This document shows positions 1 to 9,615 of a stretch of 64,000 nt of DNA, one piece after another. The notes under the pieces are model-generated. The model was given only the letters and a program-made list of their open reading frames with translations. It did no database searches and was not told the DNA's origin. Numbering within the stretch: position 1 is the stretch's first letter; each line of letters starts with the position of its first letter. A program made the position numbers and the translations under genes. Source of the stretch: an uncultured Chloroflexia bacterium. Its GTDB lineage: Bacteria > Chloroflexota > Limnocylindria > Limnocylindrales > CSP1-4. The stretch is from positions 1,088,001 to 1,152,000 of the forward strand of contig CAVVCZ010000004.1 in the NCBI GenBank assembly GCA_963746845.1, in the 5' to 3' direction.

Positions 1-95
1 ACTGCCACATAGCGGGTGAACTCGAAGCCGACATTGACGTTGAGGATGAGCCCGGCGGCGACACCCAACAGGAGACCCGCCAGGGGTAGGAACAC
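1..95 (-). CDS. sbp: Small basic protein Sbp (DUF1290)-like, 5' part only (runs off the window edge)
   Basis: Manual translation from GTG at 95: MFLPLAGLLLGVAAGLILNVNVGFEFTRYVAV, resembling the Sbp N-terminus; lies downstream of ftsQ as in Firmicute dcw clusters. Confidence 0.7.
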   Translation of the reverse strand, partial: MFLPLAGLLLGVAAGLILNVNVGFEFTRYVA

Positions 96-273
96 GCCTC
101 GCCGCCCTCTTCGTGCGTTTGGCCAAGGCTACCCGACCCGAGGCCCCGCTGCCACGTCGCCGGTCTCGCGCCCGGCACTCCGGCCGTCGCCGCCGGCGAG
201 GCTTGTGTCGCTCGCTGCGCGACCGACGAGGCCTCGCCTCTGGCGCAGCCTGCGGCCGGCCGCGGTCCCGGAA

Positions 274-1149
274 TCAAGGCCGGGGTGTCGTGGAGGGGCG
301 CGGCGTGGACGGACGAGGGGTGGCCTTGGGAATGTAGGTGCCGTCGCGATCGTCGCCGAGGACCATGCTCTGGACGGTGTCCTCGCGTCCGGCCAGCAGG
401 GCAGACAGAAGCTGGACCTGGCCCGGGATCAGCGCGGGCGTCCGGGTGCTCCGGCCGTAGAACCCGAAGACCGCCGACCAGCCCTTCGCGCCCGTGTCGA
501 GGGTGAAGCCCTGCTCGTCGGTGATCGCGACCCGGAGCGCCGGGGCGTGGCTGCCGATCTGCCCGGGCGTGAGCGACGCGAGACGCTTGGCGGCGTCGAG
601 GTCGACCGGGTCGAGGACCGACCGGATGCCGAGGGCGGCCGCGCTCGTCCGCTCGTCGTTGACGACCGGCAGTGACACGGCGCCCTCGGGGACCTCCTGG
701 GCCAGGTCGGCGAAGACGAAGCCACCGTCGTCCACGGCGAATCGGTGCGCCCCGACCGCCCACACGACGACCGGCTTGCGCTCCGTGACCGCGACCCGGA
801 GCACGTCCGGCAGCCCGACCGCGACCGACGCATCGCCGACCGACGGGATCCCGAGCAGCCGCTCGACGATCGGCCCGGTCGTGAGGGCCACGAGGTTCGT
901 CCCCGGGTCGACGTCGACCTGCTCGCGGATCCGGTCGTCCGGGGTGACGACGTTGCCGCTGATCTCGAGCCGCTCGAAGCCGACCGCCGACGTGGTCGCG
1001 AGCCCGTAGGTCGCGCCCGCCGTGACCAGCATCGCGAGGATCGCCCCGGCGCGGATCGGTGTGAGCCGGGTCGAGGCGCGCCGGACCCGCGGTCGTCGCC
1101 GCGGCGTGCCGGCGGCGGCCCGGTAGCGGCGGGTCGCGGGCGACGTCAT
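274..1149 (-). CDS. ftsQ: Cell division protein FtsQ/DivIB
   Basis: Basic N-terminal tail, one TM helix, POTRA-like segment (ISGN...GTNLV...LPDVLRVAVTERKP); follows ddl. Confidence 0.85.
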   Translation of the reverse strand: MTSPATRRYRAAAGTPRRRPRVRRASTRLTPIRAGAILAMLVTAGATYGLATTSAVGFERLEISGNVVTPDDRIREQVDVDPGTNLVALTTGPIVERLLGIPSVGDASVAVGLPDVLRVAVTERKPVVVWAVGAHRFAVDDGGFVFADLAQEVPEGAVSLPVVNDERTSAAALGIRSVLDPVDLDAAKRLASLTPGQIGSHAPALRVAITDEQGFTLDTGAKGWSAVFGFYGRSTRTPALIPGQVQLLSALLAGREDTVQSMVLGDDRDGTYIPKATPRPSTPRPSTTPRP

Positions 1150-1177
1150 CGGGCGCGATCCGCGCCGGCCATCGCCG

Positions 1178-2305
1178 TCATCGCGGCAGGTCCGCGATGC
1201 GCAACCGGCGCGCGGTCCGGTTCGCGTGTCGCTCGATCGCCAGATCGACGACCCGCGCGCAGACGTCGCCGAAGTCGTGGCCGCCGGCGGCGGGCATCGT
1301 CGGGAAGAGGCTGATCGGGGTGAAGCCCGGGATGGTGTTGATCTCCGACAGGAAGACGTCGTCGCCGCTCACGAGGAAGTCGATCCGGGCGAATCCCTCG
1401 GCGCCGATCGCCCGGTACGTGTCGCGGGCGATCTTCAGGATGGCCGCTCGCATCGGGGCCGGGACCTCCGCGCGGATCGACGTCTCGGACAGACCCGGCG
1501 TGTATTTCGCGGCATAGTCGTAGAACTCATGCCCGGCGAGGATCTCGCCCGGCCCGTACAGCTCGAGCCGGGCGTGGTCGTTCCCGATCACGCTGACCTC
1601 GAGATCGCGGGCTCCCGCGAGGTACGCCTCGGCCAGTGCGATCCGGTCATGGCGGAACGCCGTCTCCAGGGCGGCCGGGATCTCGGATGGCTCGTGGACG
1701 AGGGTGATCCCGACCGACGACCCGAGACCCGCTGGCTTGACCATCAGCCGGCCGGTCCCGGTCCCCCGCCCGAATGCCTCGAGCTCGGCCAGGACGGTAT
1801 CCGGCGCATCCCGCCAGCGGTCCGCCCGGACCTCAAGCCAGTCGACCACCGGAAGCCCGATCCCGCGGACCAGGCGCTTGAACACGGCCTTGTCCATGCC
1901 GATCGCCGATGCCGTGACCCCGGACCCGGTGTACGCCAGGTCGGCCGACTCGAGGAGCGCCTGGACCGTGCCGTCCTCGCCGAACGGGCCGTGCAGGGCG
2001 ATGAAGACGAGCGGCCGGGGCTCCTCCCCCGCCATCCGGTCGAGAGCCGCGCCCGCCGTCACGGGACCCGTGGCACCGAGGGCCACCGGGTCATCGTAGG
2101 CGGCCGGCGGGCGCTCGCCCCGTCGATGGTCCGCGGGCAGCCACCACCAGCGGCCGTTGAGGTCGATCAGGATCTGGCGGACGTCGTCGCCGCGCTCCCG
2201 CAATGCGTCCGCGATCGCCGTTCCCGACACGACCGACACGTCGTGCTCGGCGGACGGCCCACCCAGCAGCGCGACGATCGGCGGGTGGGCCGGCCGGTCC
2301 GTCAC
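1178..2305 (-). CDS. ddl: D-alanine--D-alanine ligase
   Basis: GGPSAEHDVS, LHGPFGEDG, GSSVG, YDYAAKY and EINTIPGFT motifs; GTG start overlaps the murB stop. Confidence 0.95.
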   Translation of the reverse strand: MTDRPAHPPIVALLGGPSAEHDVSVVSGTAIADALRERGDDVRQILIDLNGRWWWLPADHRRGERPPAAYDDPVALGATGPVTAGAALDRMAGEEPRPLVFIALHGPFGEDGTVQALLESADLAYTGSGVTASAIGMDKAVFKRLVRGIGLPVVDWLEVRADRWRDAPDTVLAELEAFGRGTGTGRLMVKPAGLGSSVGITLVHEPSEIPAALETAFRHDRIALAEAYLAGARDLEVSVIGNDHARLELYGPGEILAGHEFYDYAAKYTPGLSETSIRAEVPAPMRAAILKIARDTYRAIGAEGFARIDFLVSGDDVFLSEINTIPGFTPISLFPTMPAAGGHDFGDVCARVVDLAIERHANRTARRLRIADLPR

Positions 2306-3249
2306 GCGCCGCCCTCCGGACCCCAGTCGCCGAGGAAGACGACCTCCGGCTCGAGCCGGACACCGGTGGCGCCCTCGACGGCGGCCGCGACATCGTCGGC
2401 GAGGCCACGCACGTCGGCGGCCGTGCCGTGACGGTCGTTGACGATGAAGTTCGCGTGCTTCTCGGAGACGGTGGCCCCGCCCCGAGTCCGGCCCTTCCAT
2501 CCAATGGAATCGATCAGCCGCCCGGCCGAGTCGCCCGAAGGGTTGCGGAAGGTCGAGCCGGCCGACGGGATCCCGAGCGGCTGGTGCTCGCGCCGCCAAC
2601 GGCGGATCTCGTCGAGGCGACCGGCGATCACGTCCGGGTCAGCGGCCGCAAGCCCGAACGTCGCGGACAGGACGACCTCGTCGGCGTGCTTCAGGCGGCT
2701 GTCCCGGTAGCGGAGGTCGAGCTCCTCGGCGGTCACCCGGGCCTCGGTCCCGTCCGCGAGCAGCACCTGCGCCGACTCGAGGACCGCCGCGACGTCGTGG
2801 TCGTGCGCACCGGCGTTCGCCCAGACCGCCCCGCCGACCGTGCCCGGGATCGCCAGCCCGAACTCCAGGCCAGTCAGACCCGCCTTCTGGGTCTCGGTCG
2901 CGGCACGCGCCATCGGGACGCCGGACTCCGCGACATAGCGCTCGCCCTCGATCCGCGAGCCCTCCGCCCGGTTCTGGACGACGAGCCCACGGATGCCCGC
3001 GTCGGCGATGACGACGTCGCTCCCGCGGCCGAGGAGCGTCAGGGCGATCCCCTGGGCGCGGGCATACCGGACGATGGCCCGCAGCTCGTGGATGTTGTGG
3101 ACCGTCGCGAACAGGTCGGCCGGTCCCCCGACCCGCATCGTCGTGAACCGGGCGAGCGGCTCGTCGCGGGACGTCTTGACGCCGATCCGTCGCTGGATCG
3201 CGGTCCCGACGGCCGTCGCGTCGAACGTTGCCGCGGCGGCCGCCGTCAC
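2302..3249 (-). CDS. murB: UDP-N-acetylenolpyruvoylglucosamine reductase
   Basis: TTMRVGGPA, GRGSD, IPGTVGGAVWANAGA, SAGSTFRNP, SEKHANFIVN motifs. Confidence 0.95.
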   Translation of the reverse strand: MTAAAAATFDATAVGTAIQRRIGVKTSRDEPLARFTTMRVGGPADLFATVHNIHELRAIVRYARAQGIALTLLGRGSDVVIADAGIRGLVVQNRAEGSRIEGERYVAESGVPMARAATETQKAGLTGLEFGLAIPGTVGGAVWANAGAHDHDVAAVLESAQVLLADGTEARVTAEELDLRYRDSRLKHADEVVLSATFGLAAADPDVIAGRLDEIRRWRREHQPLGIPSAGSTFRNPSGDSAGRLIDSIGWKGRTRGGATVSEKHANFIVNDRHGTAADVRGLADDVAAAVEGATGVRLEPEVVFLGDWGPEGGA

Positions 3250-4406
3250 GCGTCGCCTCGCGCGATCGCCTCGATCGCCTCGACCGGCGGCAGGGGCAGC
3301 CGATCGGCGAGGGCGAGGGTCAGGGTCGCGACCGCGTCGGCGGCACCGGGCCGGCCCAGCGAGCGGGCGGCCGCGGCCATCGCCGCCCGGACCGGCTCGT
3401 CGAACAGGATGTCGGCGGCGGCGACGAGCGCGTCGGCTTCGAGCTGCTCGTCCGGGATCACCCGCGCGGCGCCCGCCTCGGCGAGCGTCCGCGCGTTGGC
3501 GCCCTGGTGGGCGCCGGCGTGCGGGTACGGGACGATGACCGACGGGACCCCGAGCGCGGTGACCTCCGCGAGGGTGGACGAGCCTGCCCGGCCCACGACG
3601 AGATCGGTCGCGACGAGCGCGGCCAGCATGTCCTCGCGGAGGAACGGGTAGGGCCGATAGCGCGGGCGCAGCTCGGGCGGGAGATGCTCGCGCTCGGCGA
3701 GTGCGGCCGCGTAGCCGGTCTCCCCGCTCACGTGGAGGACAACGACCCGCTGGACGAGCCGCGGCAGCGCCGCGGCGACCGCCGCATTGAACCGGCGCAC
3801 GGCCTGCGAGCCTCCGAAGATCAGGATCGCCGGAAGGTCCGCCGGAACCTCGAGCCGGGCACGCGCCGCCTCCCGGGTGATCGCCGTCACGTCGCGGATC
3901 GGGGTCCCGGTTCGATAGACCGGCACGCCGGCGGAGGCGAGCGCTCGTCCGGCAGCGTCGTACGTCACCGCGAGCGCGTCGGCCAGCCGGGCCGTCGCCC
4001 GGACCGCCCGCCCCGGGATCGCATTGCCCTCCCACAGGACCACCGGGATCCGGAGCGGGGCGGCGGCGAGGAGGACCGGGATCGCCACGTACCCGCCCGT
4101 GGTCAGGATGGCCGCGGGCCGTTCGGCCGCGAGGATCGCTCCGGCCTGCGGGATCGAGACGGCCAGCCGGACCGGATCGAGGACCGTGTTGACCGACAGG
4201 TCGACCGTCCGGAGGGAGCGCAGGGCGAGCCGCCGGACGCGGATGCCCGCGTCGCGGACGAGGTCGGCCTCGAGGCCACGATGTCCGCCAACCCAGACGA
4301 GGTCAATCGGGCTCGGACGATCGGGCCGTTCGCGGAGCGAGCGGGCCACGGCGAGGGCCGGGTAGATGTGCCCGCCCGTTCCGCCCCCCGCGATCAGCAG
4401 CCGCAT
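3246..4406 (-). CDS. murG: Lipid II GlcNAc transferase
   Basis: GGGTGGHIYP, GGYVA, GGSQA, RAGSST and HQxxNA motifs. Confidence 0.95.
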   Translation of the reverse strand: MRLLIAGGGTGGHIYPALAVARSLRERPDRPSPIDLVWVGGHRGLEADLVRDAGIRVRRLALRSLRTVDLSVNTVLDPVRLAVSIPQAGAILAAERPAAILTTGGYVAIPVLLAAAPLRIPVVLWEGNAIPGRAVRATARLADALAVTYDAAGRALASAGVPVYRTGTPIRDVTAITREAARARLEVPADLPAILIFGGSQAVRRFNAAVAAALPRLVQRVVVLHVSGETGYAAALAEREHLPPELRPRYRPYPFLREDMLAALVATDLVVGRAGSSTLAEVTALGVPSVIVPYPHAGAHQGANARTLAEAGAARVIPDEQLEADALVAAADILFDEPVRAAMAAAARSLGRPGAADAVATLTLALADRLPLPPVEAIEAIARGDA

Positions 4407-5655
4407 CGTTCCACGTCCCTCGTACGACGGTCTCGCGCGAGATCGACAACAGGATGCCGACCGCGGCGAGGCTGATGGTCAGCGACGAGCCCCCGGCGCT
4501 GATGAACGGCAGGGTGATGCCGGTCACCGGGATGAGCGCGACGACGACGCCGATGTTGATGAACGCCTGGATGCACAGCCAGGCCGTGATGCCCGCCGCG
4601 AGCAGCGCCCCGAACGTGTCGGGAGCCGCCAGCGAGACGCGGATGCCAGAGTAGGCCAGACCGACGAACAGGAGGATCACGATCCCGGCCCCCACGAGGC
4701 CGAACTCCTCCCCGATGATCGCGAAGATGTAGTCGTTGCTCGCGTTCGGGAGGAACAGCCCGCCGGCCAGGCGGCTCTCGCCCAGCCCCGCGCCGAGCAG
4801 CCCGCCCAGTCCGAGGGCGAGGAGCCCCTGGATCGTGTGGAAGCCGGTTCCGAGCGGGTCGGTCCACGGGTCGAGCCACGTCCGGATCCGCTCGAGCTGG
4901 TAGGCGCGCAGGCCGACCATGATCATCGCCCCGAGGGCGACCACGCCCATGATCGCGAGGTGGATCAGGCTGCCGCCGGCGACGAAGAACATCGTCAGCC
5001 CGGTGAGGCCGATGACCATCGTCGTGCCCAGGTCCGGCTCCTTGAAGACGAGCGCCACGATCGGCGCGAGGATGATGAGGAACGGGATCGTGCCGGCCCA
5101 GAAGCCCTTGATCCGGCCGCCGCGCTTCGCGAACCAGTGGGCGAGATAGACGATCAGGGCGAGCTTCGCGAACTCCGCGGGGTGGAGCGCGGGCAGGACC
5201 GGGAGCTTCAGCCAGCGAGCGGACCCGCCGACCACGATGTTCAGGCTCGGGACGAAGACGAGGATGAGGAGACCGAGGGCGATCACGTAGAGCGGGACCG
5301 AGACGAACCGGAGATAGCGATAGTCGACCCGCATCATCCCGGCCATCGCGACCATCCCGAGCGCAGCCCAGCCGATCTGGGGGCCGACGATCGAAAGCGT
5401 GTCGTCCGTGGCGATGTACGCCTTCATCGCCGAGCTCGAGTAGACCATCAGGATGCCGATCGCGGTCAGGGCGACGACGATCACGAGGATCGCGTAGTCC
5501 GCCTGGTGCCGTTCGCGGACGAGGGCCGTGGCCTTCTGCCGGGCGGGCGTCCGCGGGGTGGCGCCGGCGTCGGGCCGATCCACCCGGTCGTCCCCGTCGA
5601 TGGCGCCCCGCCGGCCGAGGCCGAGAGGCACGTGCCGCCGAAGGGCGTCGGTCAT
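4303..5655 (-). CDS. ftsW: SEDS peptidoglycan polymerase FtsW
   Basis: MVYSSS, PAEFAK, EPDLGT, DYIFAIIGEE, TGITLPFISAGGSS; multi-TM. Confidence 0.95.
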   Translation of the reverse strand: MTDALRRHVPLGLGRRGAIDGDDRVDRPDAGATPRTPARQKATALVRERHQADYAILVIVVALTAIGILMVYSSSAMKAYIATDDTLSIVGPQIGWAALGMVAMAGMMRVDYRYLRFVSVPLYVIALGLLILVFVPSLNIVVGGSARWLKLPVLPALHPAEFAKLALIVYLAHWFAKRGGRIKGFWAGTIPFLIILAPIVALVFKEPDLGTTMVIGLTGLTMFFVAGGSLIHLAIMGVVALGAMIMVGLRAYQLERIRTWLDPWTDPLGTGFHTIQGLLALGLGGLLGAGLGESRLAGGLFLPNASNDYIFAIIGEEFGLVGAGIVILLFVGLAYSGIRVSLAAPDTFGALLAAGITAWLCIQAFINIGVVVALIPVTGITLPFISAGGSSLTISLAAVGILLSISRETVVRGTWNDAAADRGGRNGRAHLPGPRRGPLAPRTARSSEPD

Positions 5656-7169
5656 GAGGTCCTCCCTCGCTCTCGCTCCGCGGCGATCGCGGCGACCGCC
5701 TCCTTGAACGCCCGTCCCCGGGCGGCGTAGTCCACGAACATGTCGAAGCTGGCCGCCGCCGGGCTGAGGAGCACGGTCGCTGGCGGTGTCGCACCCGCCG
5801 CGATCCGCTCGCGGGCGACGGCGTCGGCCTTCCGCACGGCCTCGTCGAGGCTGGTGGCACGCTCCGTCCGGGCGAGTCCGGCGGCGCGGAACCGGACCGC
5901 CAGGTTGGGGCCGCTCTCGCCGATCAGCACGGCGGCGACCGCGCGTTCGGCCACCACCGGTCCGAGCGCCGACAGGTCGACGCCCTTGTCCCGGCCGCCG
6001 GCGATCAGGACGACCGGCGGATCGAACGCCAGGAGCGCCGCGATCACGGCATCGGGCTGGGTGCCCTGCGAATCGTTGACGAACCGGACGCCGTCGACGA
6101 TCGCCACGGGCTCGAGACGATGCTCGACGCCGGTGAACGCCATGGCCGCCCGGCGGATCGATTCGGCCGGGATGCCGAAGCGGCGGGCGGTCGCAACGGC
6201 GGCCAGCGCGTTCGCGATGTTGTGCCGGCCGGGGATCGCCAGCTCGTCGGCCCGAAGGATGGCCTCGCCGCCATCCGCGACGATCCGGCCGTCGACCAGG
6301 CCGACACCGCCGGACCGTGGCGCCGCGAGCCCGTACCAGACCACCTGCGCACGGGCGTCGTCGGCGTACGCCGCAACGACCGGGTCGTCGGCGTTGAGGA
6401 CGAGCGCGCCGTTCGGGTCCACCAGCTCCGCGAGCCGGCGCTTCGCCGCCCGGTAGCCGTCGAGCGAGCCGTGGCGGTCCAGGTGGTCGGACGTCACGTT
6501 CGTGTAGACCGCGACCGTCGTGCCGCGGGTGAGTGTCGGGAGCTGGAGCTCGCTCAGCTCGATCACGACCCGGTGGTCAGGTGTCAGCTCGGGCAGCCGC
6601 TCGACGAGCGGGACCCCGATGTTCCCGCCGAGTACCGCGGGATGGCCCGGGTCCTCGGCGAGGAGGGCCGCGATCAGCGACGACGTCGTCGTCTTGCCCT
6701 TCGTCCCGGTGACGCCGATCGTCGGCGCCGGGCACAGCCTCAGGAACAGGTCCGCCTCCGAGACGAGGGACGGTGCGAGCGGATCGCCGGCGGCCCGGGC
6801 CGCGACGAGCGCCCGGAGTGCGTCGCGGAGCCGGGGCTCCGTCGTCGGATAGTCCGGGTTGATCGAGGGCGAGGTCGCGACGAGCGCGGCGCCGTCCCAG
6901 GCGCTCGCCGGATCGACGTCCGGACCCGCGACCAGGCGGATCGTCCGGCCCTCGAGGCGCTCGACCGCATCGGTGTGCGCATCTGCCGGTCGTCCGTCGT
7001 AGACCGTCACCGAGGCGCCGGCGTCGACGAGGAACCGGGCCAGGGCGATCCCGCTCCGGGCGAACCCGAGGACCGTCACGGATCGACCGCGAAGCGCGCC
7101 GTCGCGGACGTCGTCCATCGTCAGACGATCGAGGTCGATCGGGCGCTCGGTCGCCATCGTCGTGCTCAC
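5652..7169 (-). CDS. murD: UDP-MurNAc-L-Ala--D-Glu ligase
   Basis: GFARSG, TGTKGKTTT, ELSELQL, DHLDRH, EHRLE, NDSQGT, SPAAASFD; GTG start overlaps the mraY stop. Confidence 0.93.
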   Translation of the reverse strand: MSTTMATERPIDLDRLTMDDVRDGALRGRSVTVLGFARSGIALARFLVDAGASVTVYDGRPADAHTDAVERLEGRTIRLVAGPDVDPASAWDGAALVATSPSINPDYPTTEPRLRDALRALVAARAAGDPLAPSLVSEADLFLRLCPAPTIGVTGTKGKTTTSSLIAALLAEDPGHPAVLGGNIGVPLVERLPELTPDHRVVIELSELQLPTLTRGTTVAVYTNVTSDHLDRHGSLDGYRAAKRRLAELVDPNGALVLNADDPVVAAYADDARAQVVWYGLAAPRSGGVGLVDGRIVADGGEAILRADELAIPGRHNIANALAAVATARRFGIPAESIRRAAMAFTGVEHRLEPVAIVDGVRFVNDSQGTQPDAVIAALLAFDPPVVLIAGGRDKGVDLSALGPVVAERAVAAVLIGESGPNLAVRFRAAGLARTERATSLDEAVRKADAVARERIAAGATPPATVLLSPAAASFDMFVDYAARGRAFKEAVAAIAAERERGRTS

Positions 7170-8146
7170 GCCAGCTTCTGGATCGAGGCGAGGAACAACG
7201 TCACGCCGAGGAGACCGGCGAGGATCCCGACGATCCAGAACCGGAGCGTGATCTTCTCCTCGTCCCAGCCCGCCAGCTCGAAGTGGTGATGGAGCGGGGC
7301 CATCCGGAAGATCCGCTTGCCGCCGCTGAGCTTGAAGTAGCCGATCTGGATGATGTCGGAGGCCGTCTCGATCACGAAGATCAGCCCGATCAGGGGCAGG
7401 ACGAGGATCTGGCCGGTGATCAGGGCGATGACGGCCAGCGTGGCCCCGAGGGCGAGCGAGCCCGAGTCGCCCATGAAGATCTGGGCCGGGTGGACGTTGA
7501 ACCACAGGAACCCGAGCAGCGCCCCGATGATCAGGGCGCACAGGAACGCAAGGTTCGGCTGGGCCGGGACGTTCAGGAGCGCGACGAGCAGGAACGCCAC
7601 GAAGGCGAAGACGAGGGTCCCGCCCGCGAGCCCGTCGAGGCCGTCGGTGATGTTCACGCCGTTGCTGGCGGCGATGATCGCGAACGCGGCGAACAGGACG
7701 TAGACGACGGGGTCGATGTGGACGGCGCCGACGAACGGGACCGCGATCTGGTCGATCTGGTAGGTCCGCTGGATCAGGAACGCGGCCGCGAAGGCAAAGA
7801 CGACCTGCCAGAGCAGCTTCTGCATCACCCGGATGCCCTCGCCGGTCTTCGCGTTCAGGTAGTCGTCGAACGCGCCGAGGACCCCGACGCCGGCGAGCGC
7901 CGCCAGCGGGGCGAAGATGCCGCCCTCGGGCGGGAACCGCAGCAGCAGGTACAGGGCGAGGATCACGACGATCAGGAGCGCCCCGCCCATCGTCGGCGTG
8001 CCTTGCTTGATCTGGTGGCTGTCCGGACCCTCGATCCGGATCTGCTTCGTGAAGCCGGTGGCCCGGAGCAGCCGGATGTACGGCGGCATGAGGATCACGA
8101 CGATCGCGAACGCGAGCAGCAGGCCCTGGATCAGCTCGACCCTCAT
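7166..8146 (-). CDS. mraY: Phospho-MurNAc-pentapeptide transferase
   Basis: KQGTPTMGG, DD, NITDGLDGL, FMGDSGS, MAPLHHHFE. Confidence 0.97.
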   Translation of the reverse strand: MRVELIQGLLLAFAIVVILMPPYIRLLRATGFTKQIRIEGPDSHQIKQGTPTMGGALLIVVILALYLLLRFPPEGGIFAPLAALAGVGVLGAFDDYLNAKTGEGIRVMQKLLWQVVFAFAAAFLIQRTYQIDQIAVPFVGAVHIDPVVYVLFAAFAIIAASNGVNITDGLDGLAGGTLVFAFVAFLLVALLNVPAQPNLAFLCALIIGALLGFLWFNVHPAQIFMGDSGSLALGATLAVIALITGQILVLPLIGLIFVIETASDIIQIGYFKLSGGKRIFRMAPLHHHFELAGWDEEKITLRFWIVGILAGLLGVTLFLASIQKLA

Positions 8147-9615
8147 CGCGCGGCGTCGCCCGCGCCGAGGACGGAAGCCAGCTCGTCGACGAGGACGTCG
8201 AGAGCGATCCCGCGCGATGCCTTGACGAGGACGACGTCGCCCGGCTCCAGGATGTCGAGGAGGAGCGCGCGAGCGGCGTCCCGGTCCGGGACCCGCCTGA
8301 TCACCGTGGCGGCCATCCCGGCGTCGAGCGCCCCGGTCGCGATCCCGGCCGCTCCGTCGCCGATGACGACGAGCCGATCGGCGATCGCCGCAGCGGCCGC
8401 GCCGACGAGCCGGTGGCCGGCGTCGCTCCCCTCGCCGAGCTCGAGCATCTCGCCGAGGACGGCGATCCGCCGGCCGGGCAGCCCGGACAGCAGCTCCAGG
8501 CCCGCCTCGACCGACGCCGGAGAGGCGTTGTAGCTGTCGTCGACAATCACGACGTCGCCCGCCCGGATCAGCTGGGCGCGATGCGGCACGCTCCAGCCGG
8601 CGCGCAGCGAGGCGACGACATCGTCGAGCGCCAGACCGAACGCGAGGCCCGTCGCAGCGGCCGCGAGCGCGTTGTGCACCGCGAGCCGCCCGAGGGTCGG
8701 GATGACGACCCGTCGTCGACCCGCGTCAGTGACGGCGTCGAATGTCATCCCGTCGATGCCCCGGGAGGCGACCGCCTCCGCGCGCACGTCGGCGTCCGGC
8801 GCGAACCCGTAGGTCACCACCCGTGCGCGCGTCCGCGCCGCCATCCGCCGGACCCGCTCGTCGTCGGCGTTGAGGATCGCGACCCCGTCCGACGGGAGCG
8901 CCTCCACGAGCTCGCCCTTCGCCTGTTCGACCGCCTCGATCGACCCGATCCGCGACAGGTGGACCGGCTGGACGGCCGTCACGACCCCGATCTCGGGTCG
9001 CCCGATCCGGGCGAGGTCCGCGATCTCGCCGCCGACATACATCCCCATCTCGAGCACGGCGGCACGGTGCTCCGAGCGGAGCCGGAGGACGGTCAGCGGC
9101 AGCCCGATCTCGTTGTTCAGGTTGCCCTCGTTGCGGAGCGTCGGCAGCGCGGCCCCGAGGACCGTGGCAATGGCCTCCTTCGTCGAGGTCTTCGCGATCG
9201 ACCCGGTGACGCCGACCACGAGCGGGTCGAACCTGGAGCGCCACGCGGTCGCCACGGCCTGGAGCGCGCGCAGCGGATCGTCGACCAGGGCGATCGTCGC
9301 GTCGACGGTCGCCGGATCGATGTCGTCCGGCACGTGCGAGACGAGGACTCCCGCGGCGCCGGCGGCCAGGGCCCCGGCCATGAACCGGTGGCCGTCGGTC
9401 CGCTCGCCCGGCAGGGCCACGAACAGGTTGCCCGGCTTGACGGCGCGGGAGTCGACGGCGCCGTCGCGGATCGGTCGATCGGATCGGGCCACGAGCATGC
9501 CGCCGGTCGCGGCCGCGAGCTCGTCGGCGGTCAGCCCCCGATCGGGCCCGTCGGTTGTCGGTGACGGATCACGCCGATCGGTCACGCGGCGAAGGGTCGC
9601 ACAGGCCCCGCTCAC
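8143..9615 (-). CDS. murF: UDP-MurNAc-tripeptide--D-Ala-D-Ala ligase
   Basis: DSR, DGHRF, TGSIAKTSTK, NNEIGLP, DDSYNASP, GEMLELG, KASRG; alternative GTG start at 9585. Confidence 0.95.
   Translation of the reverse strand: MSGACATLRRVTDRRDPSPTTDGPDRGLTADELAAATGGMLVARSDRPIRDGAVDSRAVKPGNLFVALPGERTDGHRFMAGALAAGAAGVLVSHVPDDIDPATVDATIALVDDPLRALQAVATAWRSRFDPLVVGVTGSIAKTSTKEAIATVLGAALPTLRNEGNLNNEIGLPLTVLRLRSEHRAAVLEMGMYVGGEIADLARIGRPEIGVVTAVQPVHLSRIGSIEAVEQAKGELVEALPSDGVAILNADDERVRRMAARTRARVVTYGFAPDADVRAEAVASRGIDGMTFDAVTDAGRRRVVIPTLGRLAVHNALAAAATGLAFGLALDDVVASLRAGWSVPHRAQLIRAGDVVIVDDSYNASPASVEAGLELLSGLPGRRIAVLGEMLELGEGSDAGHRLVGAAAAAIADRLVVIGDGAAGIATGALDAGMAATVIRRVPDRDAARALLLDILEPGDVVLVKASRGIALDVLVDELASVLGAGDAAR

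Noticed and set aside
4303-4406. 104-bp overlap of the ftsW 3' end with murG
   Set aside because: Low-complexity C-terminal run-on beyond the last FtsW helix; no sign of a fusion or separate function
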